A DNA stretch of 34,711 nt from Candidatus Moraniibacteriota bacterium (GCA_037142915.1 JBAWZR010000003.1:1-34711); one strand, 5' to 3'. Shown: positions 17,430 through 27,506, counted from the first letter of the stretch. Notes: generated by a model from the sequence alone, not told the origin. Program-made: numbers and translations.

Positions 17430-19871
17430 TCACTTCACATCGAAGTGCTGGACACCTGCGGGTGTGGAGAAAAATACCTGGTTGTTGGTAGTATCAAAAA
17501 CGAGGTCGGTCGCTTGACGGAGATTCGGCGTGGCATATTGGTGCTGAATATGTCCGGCTGTATCGAACATGATGATGCGTCCGAATGATCGGTCGAGCAC
17601 GATGTAAGGAGTGGTGTCGTTACCTCCCACTATACGATCGAAGTGAATGGAGCTAGCGGAGTTTTCGAAAGTGACGGTGGTATTTCGCTTTCCCTTGGTG
17701 TAGATGAACAATTGTTGTCCATTGGGGATGAGGATATTGGTATTGACGGCGAACGAGGTGGGTGTCTGAAAGGCCGGTGCTTCATGGAGCCATGAGACCG
17801 GTGTACCGAAGCCTCCATCGGCGCGCGGGTAACGGAGGATTGCTTGGGTCGATGTGTCGAAAGTATAGAGGTAGGTCGAATACCCAGCAAAGGCGCTGAT
17901 GTCTTTGGGATTTTTGAATGAGAGATTGTTGTTGCTGAATGCGTGATTGGCAGGTGTAAATGAAATCACGGAACCGGTGTCGGTAAGAAGGACAATCATT
18001 TGGATATCGGAGAGATAGGCTGCTTGGAGGATAGTGCCATTTCCGTTGGGCAGCACATAAGAATTTGTTTCAAGAGTTTCAGTATTCAGAATGGAGATTT
18101 CTTGTACGCCGATCGTCATGAGGAGAGGGTCTTTCCATGCGAAAATGTTTTTCGTATCGGGGTGCTGCCATACAGAAGTTGGTTCGATAGTTGAGAGATT
18201 CGTTTCGACTGGGGCCGGCGGCGGAGTATTGATGACTGGTTGCTCGGGTGTGACTACCGGTGTGTAACTACTCCTCCAAGACAGCCAGCTACCAATGACA
18301 AGCAGTAGAATCGCCAATGTGAGAATGATGGCTTTCTGTTTGGAAGTAAGTTTGCGCCAGAAAGTGAGGAAGGCCTGCTGTGCCATGCGAACGATCTGCA
18401 ATAAGAATAAAGCGATTTTTCGGAGTAAGGGGAGGAGTTTTTCGGTGAAGATTACCCGGACAGTGTCGAAGAATTGTTGGATCCGGCTCCGATCCTTATT
18501 CTGAATCTGATTTTCACTGGGGCTATCGATTGGGTTTTCCATTTCAGGTTTTTTCCAGCTCCATTGCGAGGCAGGACGCTCATTTTCTTCTGCGAGGGAT
18601 GTTCGCGTTTCTTTATATTCGGTAGAAGTTTCGATTATGATGTTGTTCGTCGCGATAATTTCATTCGTGGTAACTTCGTATGATTGCGTGTATTGTTCTG
18701 AAGGAGTTTCTTTTTGATGGCGCGCGGGAATTTTTTTGAATTGTTGTTGTGTGAAGCGAGCAGCTATTTGAGAAAAGTGGCGCGTCAATTGCCAAAGTGT
18801 TTGAAAAAAGAGTCGGCTGGAATGGAGTAACGCTATCCAATTTTGACGGAGGAAAAACCAAAACTTTCGGAGAACGACACGGAGCCATTCGAAAAATTCT
18901 TGCGTGATAAAATGGATCTGTTCCTGGTATTTTTGGCGTGGAGGAAGTTCTCGTATGGTTTCGCCTTGGACATAGATGTGCCCGGTCGTGCCGTCGGTGT
19001 ATTCATTGGACTGTGATGTTTCTTGATTACCAGTGAGGATGCTCGGTGCCTGAGCTCTGGCTTCTTGGGTTTTGTTGCGGAATGCGCTTTGGCTGAAAAC
19101 ATTATTGATGGAAGTTTCCTTGGGAGTATTTCGCATGAGGACTTGCTTGGTTTTGGGGACAGGAGTGATTTCTTTGAAAGAAAGGATGAAGAGTCCAGCG
19201 AGCGGAGACTGATTGATGAGAGCGGTATGAATGAATTGAGAGAGTTTGTCGGCGGGAAAATGTTTACTCGCGCGTTCGATATCCTCGGAACTCAGTAGGG
19301 TGAAGAGTTCGGGCGAGGCGAAAAAAAGGAGATCTTGCTGTTGGAGGCGTCCGGTAGAAACCTCGATGAATGTTTTGAGTGGATGGAGCGATGCTTCTTC
19401 GGGTGCGAGGCCTTCGCTTATATTACTCAAGATACCGTTGCGGAGAAGGGCGACCGTGCCGTCACCAGTGACGGAAAAGTGGAGCATACCTTTGTCGATG
19501 ATACCGATGGCAGCGTGAAGTGTGCCAAGCCATTCAGTATTACCTTGCTTGATGAGCTCGGCGAGTGCACGGTTGATCTTGTGGAGGGTTGCCTCGAGAC
19601 TCTCGACGACGGTGCGTCGCGGTTGGCTGAAGTATTCTTTTTTGATGACGGAGACGAGGAAATTGACGATATAGGCGGAGGATTCGCTTCGGTCGCCAAT
19701 TTCAAAAACCCCGAGAATAGTCCCGAGGGATTCTTGACTGGCGTTCTCCGGAGCGTAACGGAAAGTTTTCAAGAATGGCTGCAAATCACCAGTTTCTGCT
19801 ATGACTATTTCGTTGTAGGTGGGTTCAAGAATAGTAATAGCTGGAGGTTTTCCTTTTCGTTGAGTGGTCAT
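17430..19871 (-). CDS. Membrane protein: degenerate PP2C-like N-terminal domain, linker, TM segment, C-terminal beta-propeller-like domain
   Basis: 813-aa ORF; LHFSVTGDGTVALLRNG and GRLQQQDLLFFAS are PP2C-like; TM AIILTLAILLLVIGSWL; LYTFD and IVLDRSFGRI blade-like repeats; TGGTATACT -10 at 19884-19892. Confidence 0.7.
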   Translation of the reverse strand: MTTQRKGKPPAITILEPTYNEIVIAETGDLQPFLKTFRYAPENASQESLGTILGVFEIGDRSESSAYIVNFLVSVIKKEYFSQPRRTVVESLEATLHKINRALAELIKQGNTEWLGTLHAAIGIIDKGMLHFSVTGDGTVALLRNGILSNISEGLAPEEASLHPLKTFIEVSTGRLQQQDLLFFASPELFTLLSSEDIERASKHFPADKLSQFIHTALINQSPLAGLFILSFKEITPVPKTKQVLMRNTPKETSINNVFSQSAFRNKTQEARAQAPSILTGNQETSQSNEYTDGTTGHIYVQGETIRELPPRQKYQEQIHFITQEFFEWLRVVLRKFWFFLRQNWIALLHSSRLFFQTLWQLTRHFSQIAARFTQQQFKKIPARHQKETPSEQYTQSYEVTTNEIIATNNIIIETSTEYKETRTSLAEENERPASQWSWKKPEMENPIDSPSENQIQNKDRSRIQQFFDTVRVIFTEKLLPLLRKIALFLLQIVRMAQQAFLTFWRKLTSKQKAIILTLAILLLVIGSWLSWRSSYTPVVTPEQPVINTPPPAPVETNLSTIEPTSVWQHPDTKNIFAWKDPLLMTIGVQEISILNTETLETNSYVLPNGNGTILQAAYLSDIQMIVLLTDTGSVISFTPANHAFSNNNLSFKNPKDISAFAGYSTYLYTFDTSTQAILRYPRADGGFGTPVSWLHEAPAFQTPTSFAVNTNILIPNGQQLFIYTKGKRNTTVTFENSASSIHFDRIVGGNDTTPYIVLDRSFGRIIMFDTAGHIQHQYATPNLRQATDLVFDTTNNQVFFSTPAGVQHFDVK

Positions 19872-19984
19872 AGTCGTGCCTTTAGTATACCATATTTTTC
19901 TGAAACTGGAATTTTTTGAGATTTTTAGCGACGGGAGTATAATTGTAGGGTGAAAAAGTATGATTTTATTGTTATTTATAGCCT

Positions 19985-21319
19985 ATGAAAGATTTGCGAA
20001 TTGAACATCAAGAAGAACTCACGGGTATATCAGAAGCCGTCGTGAGAGAGCGGGGGAGTAAATTGCAGGCGTATACCGGACAGTTGCAGGATGTGATACA
20101 AAAAAGTGATTGGCAGTCAGATGAGGCGTCACTTCTTCTGCCAGATACGGACACTACATTAGTTCAAGCGATGGTCGCCAAGAAAAAAACACCGAACTTG
20201 AAATATATCGTCGTGATTGGTATTGGCGGGTCGAATTTAGGTGCGTATGCCGTGTATCAGGCTTTATATGGGAGTGAGGATGCGTTCGTTGTCGATCGTT
20301 TTCCGAAATTGGTGTTTGCTGATACGGTTTCGACGACGCTCCTTCATCGGTTGGCAGAAATTTTGCAACAAGTGCAGTTACCCGAAGAAATCTTGATCGT
20401 GTTGATTAGCAAGTCTGGTACGACAACCGAAACAGTTTCCAATGCTGACATTCTTTTTGAGCCACTCCTTGTTCGTTTTGGCGCAACTTTTATTGAGAGA
20501 ATAGTTGTCATTACCGATGAAGGATCAAAACTGCATACTCTTTCTCAGGAAAAACATATAGATACGTTGTTCGTGCCGGCGAAAGTCGGTGGGCGGTTTT
20601 CAGTGTTCTCGCCGATCGGGCTGTTCCCGTTGGGTATGGCGGGTGTGGATATCAAAGCGTTGCTCTCGGGAGCCAAAGCCGTGCGTGACGCGTTTCTGGC
20701 GGCGGAGGATGTTTTGGAAAACAAATCTTTAGTGTCAGCCGTGTTGCAGAAGTTGTGGCAGGAAAAAGGCTATACGATCCACAATTCTTTCTTTTTCAAT
20801 CCGGAATTGGAGATGGTTGGTAAGTGGTATCGGCAGTTGACAGGCGAGAGCCTCGGCAAGTCACACGATCGTCAGGGAAGCCTGGTAAATGCAGGCATTA
20901 CGCCGATGGTCTCGATCGGGTCGACAGATCTGCACTCGATGGTGCAACTGTACTTTGGTGGACCGAGGGATAAATTTACGAGTTTTGTGTTTGCGCCGAA
21001 TGCAGAGAGTCCCCGGGTGTCTTCAAATGGGTTATTGTCTGGTTTGGTAATGGGTATTGAGGGGAAGTCGGCAGACGATATCTTGCAAGCGATCTATGAG
21101 GCGGTAAAAATTTCATATCGTCAGCACGAGCTTCCATATATGGAGGTTTCACTCCCGGAAATTTCCGCTTTCACGTTGGGACAATACCTGCAGTTTCGGA
21201 TGTTAGAGATGATGTATCTGGCGCAACTGTTCAATGTCAATGCGTTTGACCAACCGAATGTGGAGGATTACAAATCAGAAATGAGAAAAGCCCTCAATTC
21301 GAGTAAAGCGTCTGAATAA
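19985..21319 (+). CDS. pgi: Glucose-6-phosphate isomerase
   Basis: IGIGGSNLG, ISKSGTTTET, VGGRFSVFS, QLTGESLGK, DLHS and FDQPNVEDYK motifs. Confidence 0.96.
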   Translation: MKDLRIEHQEELTGISEAVVRERGSKLQAYTGQLQDVIQKSDWQSDEASLLLPDTDTTLVQAMVAKKKTPNLKYIVVIGIGGSNLGAYAVYQALYGSEDAFVVDRFPKLVFADTVSTTLLHRLAEILQQVQLPEEILIVLISKSGTTTETVSNADILFEPLLVRFGATFIERIVVITDEGSKLHTLSQEKHIDTLFVPAKVGGRFSVFSPIGLFPLGMAGVDIKALLSGAKAVRDAFLAAEDVLENKSLVSAVLQKLWQEKGYTIHNSFFFNPELEMVGKWYRQLTGESLGKSHDRQGSLVNAGITPMVSIGSTDLHSMVQLYFGGPRDKFTSFVFAPNAESPRVSSNGLLSGLVMGIEGKSADDILQAIYEAVKISYRQHELPYMEVSLPEISAFTLGQYLQFRMLEMMYLAQLFNVNAFDQPNVEDYKSEMRKALNSSKASE

Positions 21320-21477
21320 CCCTGTCTGTATGATATGGAGAAAAAATCAATTTTCCCTATTTCGATAGGTGGGTTTCAATTTTTCGCTTCCTGTCCTGAA
21401 GGCTTCTCGAGAACATTGTATCACTTTTGGGTGATGATGCAAGTGTGAAAATTCGCGGTGATTACTGTAAAAAAATT

Positions 21478-22308
21478 ATGGAGATACTACGTGATAAGAA
21501 TATCGGTATATTTGATTCTGGTTTCGGTGGGTTGAATATCATGCGCGGGATTGTGCGAGCGTTGCCGGAGTACGATTTCGTCTATTTGGGGGATACAGCA
21601 CGCACTCCGTATGGGACGCGCTCTCAGGAGACGATTTATGAATTTACCCGGCAAGCAGTAGACTTTCTTTTCAGTAAAAACTGCGCTCTTATAATTTTTG
21701 CCTGCAATACCGCGTCGAGTGATGCTCTTCGATTGATACAGCAGAAATATATCCCGAAGCGATATCCGGATGGGAAAGCTCTTGGTGTGCTTATCCCGAT
21801 AGCGGAAGTCGCGGTATCAAAAACGAGCAACAAGCGAATCGGTGTTGTGGCCACCGAGAGTACCGTGTCTTCGGGAGCTTTTATCCGGGAAATTTCCAAG
21901 CTTGATCCTGAAATCCAGGTATTTCAAAATGCCTGCCCGTTGCTCGTCCCGCTTATCGAATCCGGTGAGATTGATTCCGAGGTGACAGAGATGATGCTGA
22001 GAAAATATCTGGCGTCCTTGCTCAAGCAGGATATTGATACTTTGATTTTAGGGTGCACGCATTATGGTCTTTTGGAGAACAAGATCAAAAAAATCACTGG
22101 TGAGAGCGTGACAGTTATCTCAGAGCCAGGAATTGTTGCCGAGAAACTGGCCGATTATTTGGAGCGTCACCCGGAAGTGGAAGAACGACTGAGTAAAAAA
22201 AATAAGAGAACTTTTTATTCCACCGATCTGACGAAGAAATTTGAAATACTTGGGAGCAAATTTTTCGGGAAAAAATTAGAGGTTGAAAAGGCGAATTTGG
22301 AACAATAA
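21478..22308 (+). CDS. murI: Glutamate racemase
   Basis: IGIFDSGFGG, ACNTAS and LGCTHY motifs. Confidence 0.97.
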   Translation: MEILRDKNIGIFDSGFGGLNIMRGIVRALPEYDFVYLGDTARTPYGTRSQETIYEFTRQAVDFLFSKNCALIIFACNTASSDALRLIQQKYIPKRYPDGKALGVLIPIAEVAVSKTSNKRIGVVATESTVSSGAFIREISKLDPEIQVFQNACPLLVPLIESGEIDSEVTEMMLRKYLASLLKQDIDTLILGCTHYGLLENKIKKITGESVTVISEPGIVAEKLADYLERHPEVEERLSKKNKRTFYSTDLTKKFEILGSKFFGKKLEVEKANLEQ

Positions 22309-22430
22309 AAGACCCTGATGGTCAGTGCAGAGGGCTGAATTCAAGAATTGAGAGCCCCTTTTCGAGTATGGCAATGTTTGGTATACTCGAAGAAGAGGTT
22401 TTTATTTCATTGACCGGTATTTTTACTGTT

Positions 22431-22541
22431 ATGTCTTCTAAACGATACTATCGGCGGGTTCGGGTGGTGTGGATCGTCATTTCAAGTTTGGTGGTGCTTT
22501 CGATGATTCTCTTTCTTATTGTCCCTTTTTTTGGATATTAA
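22431..22541 (+). CDS. 36-aa single-TM small protein (not in ORF track)
   Basis: MSSKRYYRRVRVVWIVISSLVVLSMILFLIVPFFGY; basic N-terminus plus hydrophobic helix; stop is 3 nt before the next ATG. Confidence 0.65.
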   Translation: MSSKRYYRRVRVVWIVISSLVVLSMILFLIVPFFGY

Positions 22542-22544
22542 AGT

Positions 22545-22946
22545 ATGTTTCGTCGGCTGTTGCTTGGGATTTTTTTGATTTTAGTGACGACGGTTTTGGT
22601 GTGGCTCGGGTATCAGACCTACCAGGAATTCCGTCGTGGGCAAGCGGTGGATCGAGAGATACTCCAGCTGAAGGAAGAGAGTAATCGGATTCGCCAGGAG
22701 AATACTTCATTGAAAAACAATATCGAGTATCTCAAGACAGATGATTTTCAGAAGAGGGAAGCAAAAGGCGAGCTTAATTATCAGGAAAATGGGGAGCGTG
22801 TCGTCGTGTTTCAACCAGGAACCAACACCACTTCCAATCCTTCATCTTCCGGGAATAAGGTCTCTTTTTCAGAAAATAAAAACGAAACTCCGTCGGTGAT
22901 TTTCCGAAAACCGAATTATCAGATCTGGTGGGAGCAATTCTTCTAA
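22545..22946 (+). CDS. Septum formation initiator (FtsB/DivIC-like)
   Basis: TM segment, coiled coil, then REAKGELNYQENGERVVV. Confidence 0.8.
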   Translation: MFRRLLLGIFLILVTTVLVWLGYQTYQEFRRGQAVDREILQLKEESNRIRQENTSLKNNIEYLKTDDFQKREAKGELNYQENGERVVVFQPGTNTTSNPSSSGNKVSFSENKNETPSVIFRKPNYQIWWEQFF

Positions 22947-22958
22947 TCTTTTTGGTAT

Positions 22959-24005
22959 ATGATGCAGCGATTGAAAGATTTTTTTTCTCGAGGTAAGACG
23001 TGGCTTTGGTTTTTCCTTAGTCTGGTCTTGTTCGTATGTATCGGTCTTGTGGTGAGCGTATATGCTTTTCCATCGACCAACTTTTCCCAGAAGGTAAGTA
23101 CGGCCGTCAGTCTCCCGGTGGTTTTTCTGACTCCGCAACAATTCATCACTTCTCGTGAGTGGGAGCGGAATACACTTTCGACTATCCGTCTGTATGCCGA
23201 GAAAAAAGATACCCTGCTCAAGGCGGGGTTGAGTATCGATTTCAGCGGAGCAGATGGACAGAAGTTGCTCTCGGCGAAACGAAAGGAGATTTTGAATAAG
23301 ATGTTGGAAGATCGACTCGTTGAGAAGCTGGCCACCGATAGGGGATTGAGTGTTTCCGCTGCTGATCTGACCAATAATGTTGATGTGGTATTGCAGAAAA
23401 ACGGCAATGATCAGAAATTTCGCCAGCAACTTTCTACTGATTATGGTTGGACGCTGGATGATTTCAAACAGATCGTCGTCCGGCCGACTCTCCTCGGTGA
23501 GGCATTGGAGAAGTTTTTCAATCAGCAGAAACAAGACAATGGAAAAGCAAAGCAAACCATGCTCGAAGCACAGAAACAGCTCGGTGGCGGAATGTCATTC
23601 GCCGATGTAACAACTCATTATTCCGAGGGTGCGACAGCGAGAAATGGCGGCGATCTGGGATGGCTTCCGATCGAAGCGGTCACGCCGGAGATAGCGACAT
23701 TTGTCAAAGACCAACCGCTCCATGTGGCGACTGGCATCATCGAGAGCACTCTGGGATTTCATATCGTTATGGTAGATGAGCGTCAAGAAAAAAACAATTC
23801 AATCTTGGTACATTTACGCCAGATTTTCGTTCACAAGCAGACCTATGCCGAATGGCTTCAAGAACAGAAGACACAAATAAAGCCATTGATACTGCTTCGG
23901 GGATATCAGTGGAATGCCGATATGGGACGGATTGAGTTCAGCGATCCTGATATGCGTCATTTTGAGGAAAATGTTCGACAAGAGGCTTCAGGGATGATTC
24001 TTTAG
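22959..24005 (+). CDS. PrsA/SurA-type peptidylprolyl isomerase (foldase)
   Basis: N-terminal anchor, SurA-like helical region, parvulin motif SFADV..YSEG.TA.NGGDLGW...IIESTLGFHIV. Confidence 0.85.
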   Translation: MMQRLKDFFSRGKTWLWFFLSLVLFVCIGLVVSVYAFPSTNFSQKVSTAVSLPVVFLTPQQFITSREWERNTLSTIRLYAEKKDTLLKAGLSIDFSGADGQKLLSAKRKEILNKMLEDRLVEKLATDRGLSVSAADLTNNVDVVLQKNGNDQKFRQQLSTDYGWTLDDFKQIVVRPTLLGEALEKFFNQQKQDNGKAKQTMLEAQKQLGGGMSFADVTTHYSEGATARNGGDLGWLPIEAVTPEIATFVKDQPLHVATGIIESTLGFHIVMVDERQEKNNSILVHLRQIFVHKQTYAEWLQEQKTQIKPLILLRGYQWNADMGRIEFSDPDMRHFEENVRQEASGMIL

Positions 24006-24027
24006 AGTTGCTATTCCGTACAGTCGT

Positions 24028-24777
24028 ATGCTTTTCCATCTATCGGTTTTTTTCAATACACTTTTATTCGCCTTCGGGTTGATGGTGACACTGAAATACG
24101 GTGACAGTGTTTTTTTCTATGCTTGGGCGGCAGTTTTTTTATTGCTGGTCACATTGCGGGCAGTGCACTCTTTTGCGAGTGACTCATGGCGTTCATATAT
24201 TTTGCCGGTGATTCTGACGCTTTCGAGTGTATCATTGATGGCTTTTATCAGCACGCTTCTCGAACGGGAAATTTTTCTGGTTCTTGTTGTTTTTTCCTAT
24301 TATACGCTGTTGCTTGGTTTGTATCGATTGTCGAGGGTTCAAGGCGATCTCTCGGCACGCGCTCTGGTCGCGATGAACGCTATGATTGCATCGTTCTTTT
24401 TCCTGAGCGTTTTGTATGGATTCTATATCAATTTCACTGTGCCATTGTGGGTGTTTATGGTTTTGTATGGTTTTGGATCGTTTGGCGTCTTGTTTCAGTA
24501 TCTCCATATTTTGACGCCGGATACGAAACGTGTTTCGCTCTATAGTCTGGTGGGCGCCCTGACGCTGGCTGAGTTGGCATGGATGGTGAATTTTTGGCCG
24601 TTCGGTTATCTGACGAGCGGTATAGTGGTGTTGATGTTCTTCTTCGTTTTGTTCGATTTGGCGCAAAACGATATCCTTGGGACGCTCTCCAAGAAGCGCG
24701 TCCTGACGCACACCGCGATATTTTTCGGTCTGCTTGTGATTGTCTTGTGGAGTTCTCGTTGGCTTCCGGTAGCGTAA
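24028..24777 (+). CDS. Polytopic membrane protein of unknown function
   Basis: 249 aa, many hydrophobic helices, ELAWMVNFWPFGY. Confidence 0.8.
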   Translation: MLFHLSVFFNTLLFAFGLMVTLKYGDSVFFYAWAAVFLLLVTLRAVHSFASDSWRSYILPVILTLSSVSLMAFISTLLEREIFLVLVVFSYYTLLLGLYRLSRVQGDLSARALVAMNAMIASFFFLSVLYGFYINFTVPLWVFMVLYGFGSFGVLFQYLHILTPDTKRVSLYSLVGALTLAELAWMVNFWPFGYLTSGIVVLMFFFVLFDLAQNDILGTLSKKRVLTHTAIFFGLLVIVLWSSRWLPVA

Positions 24778-24795
24778 CTTTACTCTCAATTCCAT

Positions 24796-26847
24796 ATGCG
24801 GGAAAAAAAATCATCGACCGGCGTTTTGACATTGGCAGCATTGGGCATCGTATATGGCGACCTCGGTACTTCGCCATTATATGCTTTTAACGAAGTCTTT
24901 TTTGGTAGTGGGCGTTTGCCGACGACACCTCTGATGGCGATTGGTGTAGCAAGTCTCATTTTTTGGATGCTTCTTCTTATCGTCGGTATCAAGTATGCAG
25001 TGTTCGTCCTGCGAGCGGATCACCAGGGTGACGGTGGGGTATTTGCTTTGTTTGGAATCTTGCAACAATTCAAAGGACGCCGCATCACTATCTTTTCTTT
25101 CCTCCTCATGTTTTCGGCCGGATTGCTTTTAGGTGAGGGAATCATTACGCCGGCAATCTCGGTTTTGTCTGCAGTTGAGGGATTAAAAATTCTTGCACCA
25201 GGTCTGGCGTCGTGGGTTATTCCGTTGACGATTGGTGTCTTGATATTTATTTTTTTCCTGCAAAAGAGAGGTACGAAACGCATAGGAAAGATTTATGGAC
25301 CGATTATGCTCGTATGGTTTGGTGCGTTGGCATTTCTTGGTATTCGACAATTGGTCTTGGTACCGGAAATCATCGCTGCGATATTCAATCCGTATTCGGC
25401 CTGGGTTGTTTTATACTCAGTGGACTTTCATCATCTCTTACTCATGTTTGGCGCGGTGTTTCTTGTGTTAACAGGGAGCGAGGCGTTGTATGCGGACTTG
25501 GGACATCTCGGGCGCCGGCCGATCCGTATCGGTTGGTTCACAATTGTTTTTCCATCGCTCTTGCTCAATTATGCCGGGCAGGCTGCCTTTCTCGTCCGTG
25601 GGCAAGCGGTGCAGGGTGGGAATGTTTTTTATAGTCTGGTGCCGGAGGGTTGGCTTCCCGCGATGATTATCTTGGCGACGATGGCGACATTTATCGCGAG
25701 TGTCGCGTTGTTGTTCGGGGCATATTCACTGGCGGCGCAGGCGATCGCCTTGAAGCTCCTGCCGCGGATGCGAGTGGTGCATACGAATCGTGAGACGGAG
25801 GGGCAGATTTATCTTCCTGCCGTTAATTGGACGCTGTTCGTTGGGAGTGCTCTTCTGGTGCTGGGTTTTGGTTCTGCGACGCGATTAGCATCAGCGTATG
25901 GTTTTGCAGTTTCGGGGGTAATGTTGATCACTTCGCTTTCGATGTTGTTCGTGGCAAGTCGGCATTGGCAATGGTCTCGATTTGGGTCGGGGATTGTTTT
26001 CGGCGCCTTTGTGCTCATCGATATATGGTTCATGTGTGCGAATTTGATGAAGTTTCCAGAGGGTGGTTGGATACCGTTTTTGTTGGGATTAATCGTGTTT
26101 GGTATCATCGCAACCTGGCGTTGGGGTCGTCAACTTTTACGCACTGCCTATGATGCTTATGTGTCTGACCGAAGTATCCAGTGGTTTTTGGATATGAAGC
26201 GGCGTATCGAAATGGCCGGCGGAATATTGCGGGATGAGCGCGTTCGGAATATGGCAGAGAATGATCGCGCGGTTGTTTTCATTATCTCTAGAGCCTTGGT
26301 CAACAAAGAGAGTCGTATCCCCGTTAAATTGCGTGTGCACCTGAAGCGCTGTGGGACTGTTCCCAAAAATATCATTTTTCTCAACATTCAACAGGAAAAG
26401 GTGCCGTATCTGAAACGCCATATCCAGATCATTGATTTCGGACAGAGTGTGTATGCGGTGCACGCGGTTTTCGGGTTTATGGAAAACCCTAATGCGACCG
26501 CCGTATTGCGGGAACTCTATCACAAGCATCATATTTTCGGGGAGAAGTTTCGTCGGTGTACGATCGAGACAAGTGAGGATGAATTTTTAATTGACCGTGA
26601 TGTGAAATGGCCGCAACGATGGATGGCACAGATATTTCGTATTTTGCTACAGTGGGCGGTGCCGGCGTATCGATATTTCGGTTTGTCCGGTGATGCGTCC
26701 GCGGGTTTGTCCAAGACCGTCGTGCCGGTGCATCTCTCCGCGCAGGGGATTCGGGTTGAGATTCCTGAATTCTCGTTGCTCGGTCGGCGCGATATGATTG
26801 ACCCGGATACGCTTCAACCGACCAATATCCATTTTTCGAAGGTGTAA
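24796..26847 (+). CDS. kup: KUP/HAK/KT potassium transporter
   Basis: ALGIVYGDLGTSPLYA, TPAISVLSAVEG, EALYADLGH and GQIYLPAVNW motifs. Confidence 0.96.
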   Translation: MREKKSSTGVLTLAALGIVYGDLGTSPLYAFNEVFFGSGRLPTTPLMAIGVASLIFWMLLLIVGIKYAVFVLRADHQGDGGVFALFGILQQFKGRRITIFSFLLMFSAGLLLGEGIITPAISVLSAVEGLKILAPGLASWVIPLTIGVLIFIFFLQKRGTKRIGKIYGPIMLVWFGALAFLGIRQLVLVPEIIAAIFNPYSAWVVLYSVDFHHLLLMFGAVFLVLTGSEALYADLGHLGRRPIRIGWFTIVFPSLLLNYAGQAAFLVRGQAVQGGNVFYSLVPEGWLPAMIILATMATFIASVALLFGAYSLAAQAIALKLLPRMRVVHTNRETEGQIYLPAVNWTLFVGSALLVLGFGSATRLASAYGFAVSGVMLITSLSMLFVASRHWQWSRFGSGIVFGAFVLIDIWFMCANLMKFPEGGWIPFLLGLIVFGIIATWRWGRQLLRTAYDAYVSDRSIQWFLDMKRRIEMAGGILRDERVRNMAENDRAVVFIISRALVNKESRIPVKLRVHLKRCGTVPKNIIFLNIQQEKVPYLKRHIQIIDFGQSVYAVHAVFGFMENPNATAVLRELYHKHHIFGEKFRRCTIETSEDEFLIDRDVKWPQRWMAQIFRILLQWAVPAYRYFGLSGDASAGLSKTVVPVHLSAQGIRVEIPEFSLLGRRDMIDPDTLQPTNIHFSKV

Positions 26848-26880
26848 AAACCAAGGCTCAGACAAGCCGGAGTTCAGCCC

Positions 26881-26909
26881 TTGCTTTTTCTTTCGTTTTG
26901 GGGTATACT
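26881..26909 (+). promoter_or_regulatory. Sigma70 promoter TTGCTT-N17-TATACT for the RRM gene
   Basis: ttgctt tttctttcgttttgggg tatact. Confidence 0.7.
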
Positions 26910-27042
26910 GGATTCGTGATAAGTTTTTCTCAGAGTTTTCAACCAAGTGCGCGGAGCCAAGGCGTTTGAGCCATAAGCAGAGTGCGGAGGTACACGACAA
27001 AAGAGAAAGGTCGGCTTACACGGTAATTAGAGTGTTAGTACA

Positions 27043-27357
27043 ATGAATATGGCTCAAAAGCTTTATGTCGGAGGTTTGCCTTATCAGACAACCGAAGACG
27101 AATTGCGCGACGCTTTTGCACAGGCTGGTTCAGTGACATCTTCAATGATCATCACTGACCGGATGAGCGGACGATCCAAGGGTTTCGGTTTTATCGAAAT
27201 GGCCACGGATAAAGAAGCTCTGGCTGCGATTGATATGTGGAACGGCAAGGAATTCAACGGCCGTCGCCTCACTGTCAACGAAGCTCGTCCTCGTGAAGAG
27301 CGTGCACCGCGTCAGTACTCGGACAATGGCGGCAGCAATAACCAGTCCAACTGGTAA
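27043..27357 (+). CDS. RRM (RNP-1) RNA-binding protein
   Basis: KLYVGGL (RNP2), SKGFGFIEM (RNP1) and LTVNEARPRE; start could be 27049. Confidence 0.96.
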   Translation: MNMAQKLYVGGLPYQTTEDELRDAFAQAGSVTSSMIITDRMSGRSKGFGFIEMATDKEALAAIDMWNGKEFNGRRLTVNEARPREERAPRQYSDNGGSNNQSNW

Positions 27358-27384
27358 TTCTGCATCATTGAAAGATTACTTTCA

Positions 27385-27416
27385 AAAAACACCATCCTGC
27401 AAAGGGTGGTGTTTTT
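27385..27416. terminator. Bidirectional intrinsic terminator
   Basis: aaaaacaccatcc/gggtggtgttttt between convergent genes. Confidence 0.8.
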
Positions 27417-27456
27417 ATGTGCGAAGTTTTGAAGTTGTATTCGCATTTCCCCGCAG

Positions 27457-27486
27457 TGTCATCCCGCACTTGATGCGGGATCCAGG
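27457..27486 (+). repeat. Solo TGTCAT-tagged REP identical to 1573-1602
   Basis: tgtcatcccgcacttgatgcgggatccagg, 30/30 identical. Confidence 0.9.
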
Positions 27487-27506
27487 TTGCAGTTGTAATT
27501 CTTTCA

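Noticed and set aside
17272-17517. 81-aa ORF spanning the tRNA
   Set aside because: It overlaps tRNA-Pro, a hairpin and the convergent gene, so it is spurious.
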